Positions 46,134 through 56,044 of a stretch of DNA of 64,000 bases are shown one piece after another (position 1 is the first letter of the stretch; each line of letters begins with the position of its first letter). Source of the DNA: Vulcanimicrobiota bacterium (GTDB lineage: Bacteria > Vulcanimicrobiota > Vulcanimicrobiia > Vulcanimicrobiales > Vulcanimicrobiaceae); the NCBI GenBank assembly GCA_963795855.1, contig CAWCIZ010000001.1, positions 32,001 through 96,000 of the forward strand. Direction: 5' to 3'. Under the pieces are notes generated by a model. The model was not told the origin of the DNA. It was given only the letters and a program-made list of their open reading frames with translations, and did not search any database. A program made the translations under genes and the position numbers.

Positions 46134-47170
46134 ACATCCTCAGCCTGAACTTAGGTTCGTCCTCGTTGAAGTATGCCGTCCATGCCGTAACCGACAGTGG
46201 GTTGGAATGCAGGCTCGCGCGCAACTTGGTATCGTCGTCGCAGCCGCAGGATGCGGCACGAGCGACATGCGAAGCCATTACCGATGCCGTGCAACAGGCC
46301 GGCGTGGTGAGTGCCGTCGGGCATCGCGTGGTTTTCGGCGGCGAGGATGACGCACCGACACGCATTACGCCCGAGTTGATCGAGCGCCTTGAAGGGCTCC
46401 AGTCGCTGGATCCGTTGCATGCGCCCGGCGCACTTGCCGTCATCCGGGAAGCGCTGACGGCTTTGCCGGCCGCCGCGCAGATAGCATGCTTCGATACGGC
46501 GTTCTTTCGCGATCTGCCCAAAACAGGCCGCACACTCCCGCTTCCTATGGACGATCCGCTGCTCCGGCGCTACGGCTTCCACGGGCTTTCATATGAGCAC
46601 GTGTGTCGCGTAGTTGGCGAGAAGGTGAGACCACGTACGGCCGTCGCGCACCTCGGTAATGGCGCGAGCGCCGCAGCGCTTTTAAACGGTCGCCCTATAG
46701 CGACGACGATGGGGTTTAGCCCCCTGGGCGGTATGATCATGTCCACGCGGACCGGTGACATCGATCCGGGCGCGCTTTTGTACCTGCTCGAGCGCGCAAA
46801 CATGGATAAGCATACGCTGCGCGATCTCCTCGAAAATGCCAGCGGTCTGCGGGCCCTTTCCGGCGATGAGAGCGACTTGCGCAAACTGTGCGAGCGACAG
46901 GACGAGGGCGCCCAATTCGCAGTCGAGATGTTCGTACGTTCTGCCGCGAGGGCCATCGCAGGATTAGCCATCGAGCTGGTCGGGCTTGATATGCTGATTT
47001 TTACGGGTGGAATTGGCGAACACAATGCGGCGGTACGTAACGCCATACTCGCACGTTTGGCGTTCCTCAATCCGAACCTGACGGTGGAGATCATCGAATC
47101 CGATGAAAATGCGTCTATAGCGCATAACGTCGCCCGCATGGTCGATTCCCGCATGCGAACATCGAAATAG
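46130..47170 (+). CDS. ackA: Acetate kinase
   Basis: [56 protein letters not shown]. Confidence 0.93.
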   Translation: MNILSLNLGSSSLKYAVHAVTDSGLECRLARNLVSSSQPQDAARATCEAITDAVQQAGVVSAVGHRVVFGGEDDAPTRITPELIERLEGLQSLDPLHAPGALAVIREALTALPAAAQIACFDTAFFRDLPKTGRTLPLPMDDPLLRRYGFHGLSYEHVCRVVGEKVRPRTAVAHLGNGASAAALLNGRPIATTMGFSPLGGMIMSTRTGDIDPGALLYLLERANMDKHTLRDLLENASGLRALSGDESDLRKLCERQDEGAQFAVEMFVRSAARAIAGLAIELVGLDMLIFTGGIGEHNAAVRNAILARLAFLNPNLTVEIIESDENASIAHNVARMVDSRMRTSK

Positions 47171-47194
47171 CTTCGAGACAGGGACGGTAGCAGC

Positions 47195-47918
47195 ATGAGC
47201 AGTCGTATCCCACGCAGCACACCGGGACCGAGACACGTCGAACGGCACTTTACTGCTTCCGAAACGGTGCGCGATATCGTCATTTGGCATGTCGGATGGC
47301 CTAACGGTGCCGTTTGCGCTTGCAGCAGGCATTTCCGGCGCAATAGCGGCTTCGCACGTTGTCGTCACCGCAGGTATTGCGGAGCTGGCAGCCGGCGGCA
47401 TCTCGATGGGGCTGGGCGGATATCTGGCGGCGCGCACCGATATCGAACACTACAAGAGCGAGCAGCAACGCGAGCAGCGTGAAGTGGACGAAATACCAGC
47501 GGAAGAACGCATGGAAGTGCAAAGCATTCTTCGCACGTATGGGTTAGGTCAAGAAGATGCCGCGCGCGTCGCGAGCGCTCTTACTTCAGATCGCGAACGC
47601 TGGATCAACTTTATGATGCGCTTCGAGCTTGGTTTAGAAGAACCGGATCGGCGCAGAGCGCCGCTGAGCGCGCTCACGATTGGCGGTTCGTACGTTATCG
47701 GCGGCATAGTGCCGTTGATACCGTATATGCTCGTTCAAAGATCCAATCAAGGCTTGTATATTTCCGCGATCGTCACGCTGATTGCCCTGTTTATATTTGG
47801 TGCTGTCAAGGGGTGGTTTACAGGCGTTCCGATTTTCCGTAGCGCTTTGCAAACGGTGGTCATCGGCGGTGTGGCGGCGGCCGTCGCCTTTCTGCTGGCC
47901 AGATTAGTTGCCGGATAG
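47195..47918 (+). CDS. VIT1/CCC1 Fe/Mn transporter; indel near 47285
   Basis: ERHFTASETVRDIVI(G)MSDGLTVPFALAAG, ISMGLGGYL, MMRFELGLE. Confidence 0.9.
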
Positions 47919-47940
47919 CGTGCGGCAACGCTCCAGCAAA

Positions 47941-48188
47941 TTAGCGATTTATGGTGTTGTAAATCCAAGCGAATACGCCGCCGGCCAGTGAAGCGAGAAC
48001 CGCTCCGCCCAACCACCATGCGATCCCCATGCCGTAGCCGCGACCCATCATTCCGGCGTAACCGCCCATCATGTTGCCCATTCCCACCATGGGAAAGGCG
48101 ATGATGAACACAAAATCGACTCAGTGCATCCAGCGGCGAGTGCACATGCTGCGGGATTGAGTCGCTGGGTTCGCGTCAGTTCTGTCAT
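47941..48188 (-). CDS. Small Met/Gly-rich membrane protein (absent from ORF track; indel near 48110)
   Basis: GAGGA SD; MTELTRTQRLNPAACALAAG.../VFIIAFPMVGMGNMMGGYAGMMGRGYGMGIAWW...FAWIYNTINR-stop. Confidence 0.6.
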
Positions 48189-48650
48189 TGTTACATCCTC
48201 TGAAATTCAGACTTGCTTCGTCGCCGCGACCCATCGGCATAGCGGTGGCCATCAGCATCGTACTCAGGCGATTCAACCCGCTAGGCGATAGGCGAACGGC
48301 CAACACAAGGACCCAAAGCAAGAACGCTCCGATGTTGATGCGCTCGTAGATAGCGATGCCGGGCGTGGACAAGTTTGCGGCCAGGCGTGCGCCTTGCGCT
48401 CCGGTCAGCGCTCCGAACAAAACGATCACGCCGAACGTCGCAACAGTGTAGTACGTGAAGCGCTTTCCTAGTGCAGCGGTTGCAACACCCATCGCGATAA
48501 GCGTCAATGTCAGCCACACCGCCGTCCAGAGGATGTGGAGTGTATCGGTCAGTCCTATCGGCGTTCCGCGCATGTGCATCGGCGGCCAAAACGACCCATA
48601 GATGGCGGATGTCGCGAGCAGCGCGGCCGTGACGCGTAATACCCGTTTCG
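48121..48650 (-). pseudogene. 5'-truncated DUF998-like membrane protein fragment
   Basis: FWPPMHMRG...TDTLH...YERINIG.FLLW; no N-terminal half or clear start. Confidence 0.45.
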
Positions 48651-48695
48651 GTCCAATATCTTTTGTGCCATAAGATCAACCACTCGATAGGATCG

Positions 48696-49881
48696 TTATT
48701 GGGTCCCGATAGGTGTGGTCCACCAGAACAGCCAGCGCCATGTCGGTCTACCGTTCGGCGCAGTGGAATTTCCGCCGAGTCCTGCTTCGACATATCCATG
48801 CAAATAGCGCGCATGCGGCACGTTGAACGCGAAGTCCACATTTTGGGCATGCGCGAGATTGCCGAGGCCATCATCGGTGAATTCGTCACGGAAACCAAGA
48901 ACGGCGCCGCGATTAAAAAGCGATTCGTAGAGTTCTGCGGTAACTGCTTTGCTGCTTGCCGCGGGCAATTGGTTGCCATTTGCATCCAAGCCGGGATTCG
49001 GGTCGTGCGCCGCCTGGTAGATTGCGAAGACGCCCGGAATGCCGTTCGGCTGCGGATCGCGTTGCAGATATGCCGCAATCGAAGTGTAGTGGTCGGCGGC
49101 GCCGGTGGACACGATGTAGCTGCCGCTGCTGCCGTAAAGTCCTAACTCCGGCAGTTGCGGCCGGTCGGCGTGGGCACTGGCGAGCTTCCATTGAAACGTC
49201 TTGTCGGTACCCGGCGTCGTCGCAAAGTCCGCGGCGCCGATCATACCGTTGCTGCTCAGCAGCCAGCCCGCTTCGGCGTCCAGCGCGCCATGCACGTACG
49301 CAAGTTTGCTTCCCCAGCGGTTTGCATCAAGTTGGTAAACGTGCTCACCGACGGTGATCTCCGGCGTAGCGAATGCGGAGATGTCGAAAAACTGGCTGAA
49401 CGGCGAAGGCGCCGGCGCTTCATACTTGCCGATGAACAGGTGGCCGTCGCGATGGAATAGGTTGTTGTAGGTGACCCACGCGGTGTCGAGCGTGCCGCCC
49501 GCATCGTCGTTTTGCAGTAGCCACTGCTGTACGTGGAAGGTCCAATCCGGAGCGAGATATCCGGCGCCATGCAGCGCCAGATTACCGAACGAATTCTTGT
49601 AGCCCGGTGAAATGTTGCTGACGCCGCCGGTGCTGTCGCCATTGACTTGCTCGCCGATCCAGATCGGAACCACCGATTTGATGACGTCGTGATTCAACGA
49701 CGAATAGCCGGTCCTTTGGACGTATCGGCCGTACGCATTGAGCGCGGGTACGAGCGTGTGGCAGGTGCTGCAGCTCACACCGTAGGCTTTCGCGAAGGGA
49801 GGCATGGCGTATGCGCCCGCTTCAACGGCCAGCGCAAACCCGGCGCATGCCGCCGCACGCCATGACGAGGCGCACAATCAC
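48696..49881 (-). CDS. Cyc2-like monoheme cytochrome c-porin fusion; probable indel in the signal peptide
   Basis: AYA cleavage then MPPFAKAYGVSCSTCHT.VPALNAYGR, followed by a beta-strand-rich barrel ending WLFWWTTP. Confidence 0.72.
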
Positions 49882-50237
49882 TTTTGCACCTTGATTGTAA
49901 GCGCCATGTTCGGATGGCCGGCGCCGCAAATAACCGAGCAGTGCACAATGTACGTTCCCGCCTTTTTCGGCGTGAATGTAACGGTCACGAACTTGTTCGG
50001 CATGATCGTCGTGTCGGGAATGCCCAGTTCGTCGGACTTGATCCCGTGCACGCCTTCGCTGGACGTTAACCGCAGCGTGGTCGGTTCGCTGAGCGGAACC
50101 GTAATGGTATCCGGCGTGAATTTCCAATTCGACGCGACGATGTCGATGCTTGGATGCGCGGTAATCGAGAGCGGAATGATCGCGGCGCACACCAGGAGCA
50201 GTGCGGCCGAAGGCAGGGCGAATCCGGTGATTTTCAT
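49878..50237 (-). CDS. Periplasmic cupredoxin (CuA-type ligand pattern)
   Basis: Signal peptide; W.F.P..I.V, VHG, CSVICGAGHPNM. Confidence 0.88.
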   Translation of the reverse strand: MKITGFALPSAALLLVCAAIIPLSITAHPSIDIVASNWKFTPDTITVPLSEPTTLRLTSSEGVHGIKSDELGIPDTTIMPNKFVTVTFTPKKAGTYIVHCSVICGAGHPNMALTIKVQK

Positions 50238-50314
50238 GTCGCAATTGTAAAGCTTACATGAGGCCAATCGGAGAACGGCCTAGGCCAACTCGGAGAATAG
50301 GCTGCAAAAACAAG

Positions 50315-50341
50315 AGCAGAGCGGTGGTTCACCGCCCTGCT
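50315..50341 (-). terminator. Terminator hairpin downstream of the 50364-50729 cupredoxin
   Basis: Minus agcagggcggtg-aac-caccgctctgct then cttgttttt. Confidence 0.6.
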
Positions 50342-50363
50342 GTGTCCCTCGCAGAAACTTGCT

Positions 50364-50729
50364 TTAGACGGCTTTTATCGTAATCATCATCTTGCCATGA
50401 TCGGGGCCGCAAGGGATTCCGCACTGTACGGTATACGTTCCGGGTTTTGCGGCCGTAAAGCTTACCATCTTGGTCGATCCTGGCGTGACCATTGTGTTTG
50501 GAATGCCAAGTTCGGCGGATTCGATGCTGTGTACACCGCTCTGCCCGACCAATTTAAGCTCGACGGGTTGTCCCGCATGAACAGTAATTTGTGATGGGCT
50601 GAACAAGGACGAGGCTGAGGCGGTGATGGTTACGACTTGCACAGGAGCGGCGAACGCGCCAAGCGATGCGCCGGCGCTCAGAGAGAGTCCGAATACGCAG
50701 GCTGAAAAAACAGAGATAAAACGCTTCAT
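50364..50729 (-). CDS. Second periplasmic cupredoxin (CuA-type ligand pattern)
   Basis: MKRF signal peptide; FSPSQITV, VHS, CGIPCGPDHGKM. Confidence 0.88.
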   Translation of the reverse strand: MKRFISVFSACVFGLSLSAGASLGAFAAPVQVVTITASASSLFSPSQITVHAGQPVELKLVGQSGVHSIESAELGIPNTMVTPGSTKMVSFTAAKPGTYTVQCGIPCGPDHGKMMITIKAV

Positions 50730-50804
50730 GAACAGCATGATAGCAGCGGTGGGCGAACTCAGCAGGAACGATGTGAGAACAGGTTGAGGCCACGACTTTT
50801 GTCG

Positions 50805-50936
50805 GAACAAAAAATCAAGAGCCACCGGCAAGGCGACTCTTGATTTGTTTCCGCGGTCTGGTTCTACAATTGGCCTGATAGCAGGCCCTAACTTCAGAGA
50901 GCCCCGCGCCGCTCTTTTTCTGATGTCTGAACCGTA
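50805..50936 (-). ncRNA. Candidate small RNA with its own repeat-box promoter and intrinsic terminator
   Basis: TACGCT at 50947-50942 with repeats at 50958/50969; no ATG; internal hairpins; terminator 50812-50846 with U tract. Confidence 0.4.
50809..50846 (-). terminator. Rho-independent terminator of the oxidase operon
   Basis: Minus aaatcaagagtcgcc-ttgcc-ggtggctcttgattt then tttgtt. Confidence 0.75.
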
Positions 50937-50982
50937 TGCCCAGCGTATCAATTCGATGAGAACGCGTCGAGAAAAGACTGCG

Positions 50983-51714
50983 TCACTTCAGAGATTCGAC
51001 GTAAGCGGCGACATCGCGGACGTCTTGCGAGTTGATCGTGGAGGGATAGAGCTTGGGCATCGGCGGCAGTGGATTCTCGATCCACGTTACGGCTTGCGCG
51101 AAGTTTTTTCGCGACGCCTCACCGATAAGGCGCGGTCCCATTCCGCCTTGGCCTTGCGCACCATGGCATGAGGAGCAATTTTGCGCGAAGATCGCTTTCC
51201 CGTGAGCCGGGTCCGGCGCGGCGTTCGACGCTGTTTGGGAAGAGGCCGTCGCCGATCCGGTTGATGCTGCAACCTGCAACGGTGGGCTGACTCCGAAACC
51301 CCAAGCGGCGAGAAACGCCATCGTCCACAAGCTCAATGCCATCGCCGTGCCGACGCCGTACGCATACTGCTGCCCCGCATAAGCCGTTAGAAAACCGAGC
51401 AGCGCGAGGCCGAGGTGTTCGAATACGTGCGCTGCGGGCAGTTTCTCGAGCGGCGAATATTCCGAGGGCCACATCAGCAGCATCGCGAGCATCGGCGCAA
51501 CGATGCTGAGCACGAGCCATGTTGCGCGTTTGGTGAACGCCGCGGGGGACCGGCGCGCGATCAACAGTCCGGAGAGCGCCGCACCGATCAAAATGATCGC
51601 ATGCAGCAAGTGGTGGATCCGCACCGGGAATTCCACGCCTGTTCGATACGCGGGCGCGAGTGCGAAGAGAACAGTTAGAGCGAGAACGACGTAGCCGAGT
51701 GTGCGCGATTTCAT
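50983..51714 (-). CDS. CtaG-like membrane domain fused to monoheme cytochrome c
   Basis: TM helices with HHLLH and HVFEH; C-terminal CSSCHG..G.G..GP.L, PMP. Confidence 0.8.
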   Translation of the reverse strand: MKSRTLGYVVLALTVLFALAPAYRTGVEFPVRIHHLLHAIILIGAALSGLLIARRSPAAFTKRATWLVLSIVAPMLAMLLMWPSEYSPLEKLPAAHVFEHLGLALLGFLTAYAGQQYAYGVGTAMALSLWTMAFLAAWGFGVSPPLQVAASTGSATASSQTASNAAPDPAHGKAIFAQNCSSCHGAQGQGGMGPRLIGEASRKNFAQAVTWIENPLPPMPKLYPSTINSQDVRDVAAYVESLK

Positions 51715-53207
51715 CCCGCTGCCTCTGCCTTGGCAAGCCGCGCTAACCGCGCCGCTTCAATCCCGGCGATGATGAGGCCGGCCAGCAGAATCAGCGCACC
51801 GATCGTCGCGATACCCGCGTACTGCGGTCCGACGCCAGGTTCGACCGCGTACCTTCGAGGCACGCCGCTTGCTCCAGCGATGTAGAAAGAGATCAGAAAC
51901 AATGCGGCCCCGCCGAAGATCGTCGCGCCAGTAAGCCAGCGCATGAAGAGCGACGACGTCTGGCCGCTGCGTTGCTCCAGCGTGACAAACGCCCAGCCGA
52001 TGATGAACAGCAGTACGCCCTGCAGCAGATACGTATGGAAGTGCCCGGGCACCCAGAGCGTGTTGTGCAAATCCAAGTTTATCGGGATCGTGGCGTCGAG
52101 AACGGCCGCGGTGCCGCCGACGACCCAGCCGATCATGCCGGCGTACAAGAACATCGATCCCAGGCTCCAGCGCAACCCCGAGCGGTGTACCAGCATCGTA
52201 CCGGAGAAAACCGTCACGACGACGACCGGAATGGCTGCCAGATACGATGCGATTTCTCCGACGAACTGCACGGTTTCCGCTTGCGCGAAGTCCATGTACA
52301 AATGATGGAAGTACGCGATGATGACGAAGAGCAGCGTTCCCCACCACGCGACGACCAAAGGCTTCGACGTGTGATATTCGCGTTTAGTGCATAGCGGCAA
52401 AGCAACGTACACGCCGGCGACTGCTATATACATGGTTAGATTCGCGAAGGTATGTCCGAACTGATAGATCAGATTCTTTGCCCAGAGTGGATCGATCGCG
52501 ACGGACGGATCGATCCAGTGCACGAGCAGCCCGACGCCGGCGGAAAGCCCGAAGGTGCTGCCGATGATCCCGTCAATCGCCGTAATCGCAGCGGCGAACA
52601 TCTGCGGCGGCGGTTCAACGTGCGTCTGCGCAAACGCGCGCGTGTTGAAGACGTAATCAATGCCGAGCATCCCCGTTATGCCGCCGTAGCGGTTGAGCAA
52701 TGCTCCGAGAATCTGAGCGCACCAAATCATGAAGCCGATCATGACGAGCGCATTGCCGATGAGCCACACGCCGGTCGCCCAACTGGGCCAATACGTGCCG
52801 ACGAAAGGCAGCGGATAGAGCATGGTCCAGAGCGAGCCGTACTTACCGGGAAAGACGCTGATGATCACGCACAGCGCTCCGGCGAGGAAGAATCCGTACG
52901 CCAGATACGCGATGCGAGGGTCGATGACTGCTTCGCGCCGTACCAAGTACCACAGCGTTCCCAGCCCAGCGATAGCCATCGCAGTGATCATGCCGATGCC
53001 GTGTAGACTCAGCATCGCGTAAAACCAGCCGGGATCGTACGTTATCCAGCCGGCTTGCTCTGCGCGCATCGTGATGCCGATGAGCAGCATTATGAAAAAA
53101 ATTGCGAGCCCCGTAGTGATGTAGGTCCACATCACGGTACGCGCACTGCGCAACTCCGCGCTGGTCGGCGCTACGTTAGCGCCGATGTCAATTGTGATCG
53201 CGCTCAT
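51711..53207 (-). CDS. Heme-copper oxidase superfamily subunit I, B-family derived, sNOR-like (active-site Tyr replaced by Asn)
   Basis: SLHG (helix II), WTMLYPL, KNLIYQFGHTFAN, YFHHLYMD, HNTLWVPGHFH, GVPRRY. Confidence 0.88.
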   Translation of the reverse strand: MSAITIDIGANVAPTSAELRSARTVMWTYITTGLAIFFIMLLIGITMRAEQAGWITYDPGWFYAMLSLHGIGMITAMAIAGLGTLWYLVRREAVIDPRIAYLAYGFFLAGALCVIISVFPGKYGSLWTMLYPLPFVGTYWPSWATGVWLIGNALVMIGFMIWCAQILGALLNRYGGITGMLGIDYVFNTRAFAQTHVEPPPQMFAAAITAIDGIIGSTFGLSAGVGLLVHWIDPSVAIDPLWAKNLIYQFGHTFANLTMYIAVAGVYVALPLCTKREYHTSKPLVVAWWGTLLFVIIAYFHHLYMDFAQAETVQFVGEIASYLAAIPVVVVTVFSGTMLVHRSGLRWSLGSMFLYAGMIGWVVGGTAAVLDATIPINLDLHNTLWVPGHFHTYLLQGVLLFIIGWAFVTLEQRSGQTSSLFMRWLTGATIFGGAALFLISFYIAGASGVPRRYAVEPGVGPQYAGIATIGALILLAGLIIAGIEAARLARLAKAEAAG

Positions 53208-53713
53208 CGAACGTCAAAACCTCCTTGCATTGCGGCGTGCGCTATACCGCAGTATTCTAGGCACCGAACCGTGTAGTGGCCGCGGACGTGGAACAGAAAA
53301 GGCAGGTGGTTGACGTAGTCCGGCATCGCCTGCACCTGTCCAACCAATCTGCCGTTGGGATCGTAGATGGCAAAGCCGTGGTTGACATCTCGCGAGGTTA
53401 CGTCGAACACCACGGGTCTGTCCGCCGGGATGGCTGCCGGCAGCATGAAACTATACTGCTGCGCGATCACCCGATAATGCTGCCCGAGTGTTTGCGCACT
53501 ACCGTACGGAAAGTGCGGAATCGTGAAGATAAATACCGCAATGGCGGCGGCCATCACGGTAATGAACCAATACCTTCGAATGGCGTAGCCCTGCGCTGAA
53601 ACGACGTCCTGTGGTACGGGCGTGCGCGAACCGTAGTTTGCGAGAAACACCATCAGCGCAATAGCCACCGCTGCCACGATCAAAAAGACCTCAAGAACAA
53701 GCAGACCTGACAA
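53204..53713 (-). CDS. Heme-copper oxidase subunit II with CuA
   Basis: Two TM helices; TSRDVNHGF, QAMP.YVN, CLEYCGIAHAAM. Confidence 0.92.
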   Translation of the reverse strand: MSGLLVLEVFLIVAAVAIALMVFLANYGSRTPVPQDVVSAQGYAIRRYWFITVMAAAIAVFIFTIPHFPYGSAQTLGQHYRVIAQQYSFMLPAAIPADRPVVFDVTSRDVNHGFAIYDPNGRLVGQVQAMPDYVNHLPFLFHVRGHYTVRCLEYCGIAHAAMQGGFDVR

Positions 53714-53728
53714 CAGTTCCCTCCTCCG

Positions 53729-54823
53729 TTATCCTGCGACGCGGGCGGCGTTCTCGTGCAGTATGGCTGGCACATACGCGCACGTCGGCTCTTCCGCAAA
53801 CGCGTCGCCGGCCATCGTATAGGCGCGCGACCGTGAACCGCCGCAGAGCTGCCGAAACTCGCAGGCGCCGCATTTGCCGCCGAAAGTCTCGGGCGAGCGT
53901 AGCCGCCGCATCTCGGGGTCTCCCCGATACATCTCAAGTAAGTTGTCCGTTCGGACGTTCCCTACCGGATTGGGAAGGAAACCGCTGGGGCAAATTTCGC
54001 CGGTGTGCGAGATAAAGACGAACCCCTTGCCGTCGCCGATTGCCGGAAACTCCATCCACGGCTGGCGCGCGTGCGCCGGCCGTTCGAGCGCAGGGGCAGC
54101 CGCCTTTCGTTGCGCCACATATCGCCGAAAGTTTGGCGCCTCCGTCGTCTTTACAGCGAACCGCGACAGCCGCGAAATGCGGTACAGCACCCGAAACGCT
54201 TCCTCAGTCTCATTTGCATCCAAAACTTGGTCGGTTTCGCGCGCCCCACCGGAATCAGAAAGAACGCACTCCAGAGGACGGCATCGAGCCGCTCGACCAG
54301 CGCGGCAATCTGTATCAAGTCATGCGCGTTGAAGCGTGACACCGTGGTGTTGATCTGCAGTTCCATGCCGAGGTCGCGTACTGCCTGCGCTGCTTCTAGC
54401 GTGCGTTTGAAGGAACCGTTGACTCCGCGGAAGCGATCGTGCATCTCCGCTGTGGCGGCGTCGATGCTGAAGGAAATCCGTTTGCAGCCGGCCGCGACCG
54501 AGTCGCTCCAATGCCGCTCGCGTGAGGCGTCCCGTGGCGCTCGGGGAAGCGGCAACGCGCAAGCTGCGATAGGTCGCGTACTCAGCGATCTTATAGATGT
54601 CATCGCGCATCAGCGGATCGCCACCAGTTAAGACGAAAATCGGCTTGCCACATTGGCGCACGGCGTCGACCAGGCAAAATGCTTCTTGGGTAGTAAGTTC
54701 CGCCGGATTGCGATGGGCAATCGCTTCGGCGCGGCAATGCCGGCACGCAAGCGCGCACGCGCGGGTCATTTCCCAAATGACAATGCGCGGCGCATCAGAG
54801 TAAGTTTGAGAAAACAGCGCCAT
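53729..54823 (-). CDS. Radical SAM/SPASM protein, TIGR04053/AhbD-NirJ-like; indels near 54500 and 54240
   Basis: WEMTRACALACRHCRAEA, LTGGDPL.R.D, FISHTGEICPSGFLP, GKCGACEFRQLCGGSRSRAY...EPTC. Confidence 0.88.
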
Positions 54824-54858
54824 GGGGTCCAGCGTACGTGCCGCCTGCAGTGCGGAAT

Positions 54859-54875
54859 GAGAACGCTGCGGGAAA
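54859..54875 (-). promoter_or_regulatory. Direct repeat TTTCCC-N5-GTTCTC upstream of the leaderless rSAM-oxidase operon
   Basis: Plus gagaac 54859, gggaaa 54870; -10 TACGCT 54836-54831, 7 nt from ATG. Confidence 0.58.
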
Positions 54876-54897
54876 CACTTCCGCCAGGGCCGGATGG

Positions 54898-55552
54898 TTA
54901 TACCGCCCGCGTCCGATAGAACAAGAGGCTTAGTAACGCCGTGACGATCCAGAACACTCCGAGGTAGCCGACGATGCCGATGTTCCTTAGCTGCATGCTG
55001 CCCGTTGCGACACCGCTCAAACCGGCTAACGCGAGTATGCCGCTAAGGATCATCAGGAAACGGATCCAAGCCGCGAGCCGATTCCCGCTAAAGGCTGGAG
55101 CCGCGAACAGCATCGAAAGCGCGAAAAAGAAGTCCCAAGCTGAGGACATCGAGAGAATATGCAACTGATGGCCATTTGAAAGAAAAGAACAGTTGAAGCG
55201 ACGATTGCTCAAGAAAGACGGGCTGGCGGCCCAGGGTGAGGATAACGAAGTGCACGCTGCTCGTTATCGCGGCGACCACGCTCATGAAGACAATGGAAGC
55301 CAAACTCAGCGCTTTAGCGTTCAAAGGAGCCCAGGCATACACCGCAATCATAAGCGTAACCATGGCCGGCATCATGATAATGATGAGAACCTCGAGCACT
55401 GAGAACATTGGATCGCCGATGGGCTGCTGCGGAGACTTAAGAGATGCGAAACCTACCCCGAGCGTGATCGCATAGGCCACCTCGAGAGTCGCAACGCTCG
55501 CCGCCGAGAAAATTCCGAGCCGGCGCGCTGTTGAAGTAAATTCAGGACCCAC
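54898..55552 (-). CDS. Hypothetical polytopic membrane protein; indel near 55150
   Basis: ORFs 55088-55552 and 54898-55212 join at WPSVAYSLDVL/AWDFFF. Confidence 0.65.
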
Positions 55553-55642
55553 GGCAGACGCCCCGCTTGAATTCGTTCTGCTCCCGTAGCTAGGGGGTTT
55601 CTTACTCAGAATTTCTCCGGGTTCGGTTTGGCCCGCAAGGAA

Positions 55643-55750
55643 TTACTTGCGCGCCTGGCCTACGCTTCGCGCAAGCTTCGGTATCCGTTCGGCCCCATAC
55701 AGTAACGTAGCGCCGCCGATGAGCAGCGCGATGATTTCCGAACTCAACAT
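55643..55750 (-). pseudogene. tatA: TatA/E-like gene with a stop where the conserved EF motif is expected
   Basis: MLSSEIIALLIGGATLLYGAERIPKLARSVGQARK-TAA-FLAG. Confidence 0.6.
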
Positions 55751-56044
55751 GCTTGCGATGGTACCCCTATGCGAGACGCTTTGAGGAACGCTGTTCCTGC
55801 GACAAACATCGTTCGGTCTCACAGCGTTCCCATTTCTACCCTAACGCATCCTCGTCGATTCTCGCACGTCTCGTAGAGTCTTGCGTAGGCGCCGCGTTAT
55901 TCCCGCCGCGCATGAGGATTGTACAGTGCGCGAAGCGAACACGATCGACGTCGAAAGCGCCGGAGAATCGCTGGCAACCGTCGCGGTGGAGATGCCGGAG
56001 ATGCAGATGCCGCGCATTTCCTCGTTCATGATCGCGGTGCGCTG

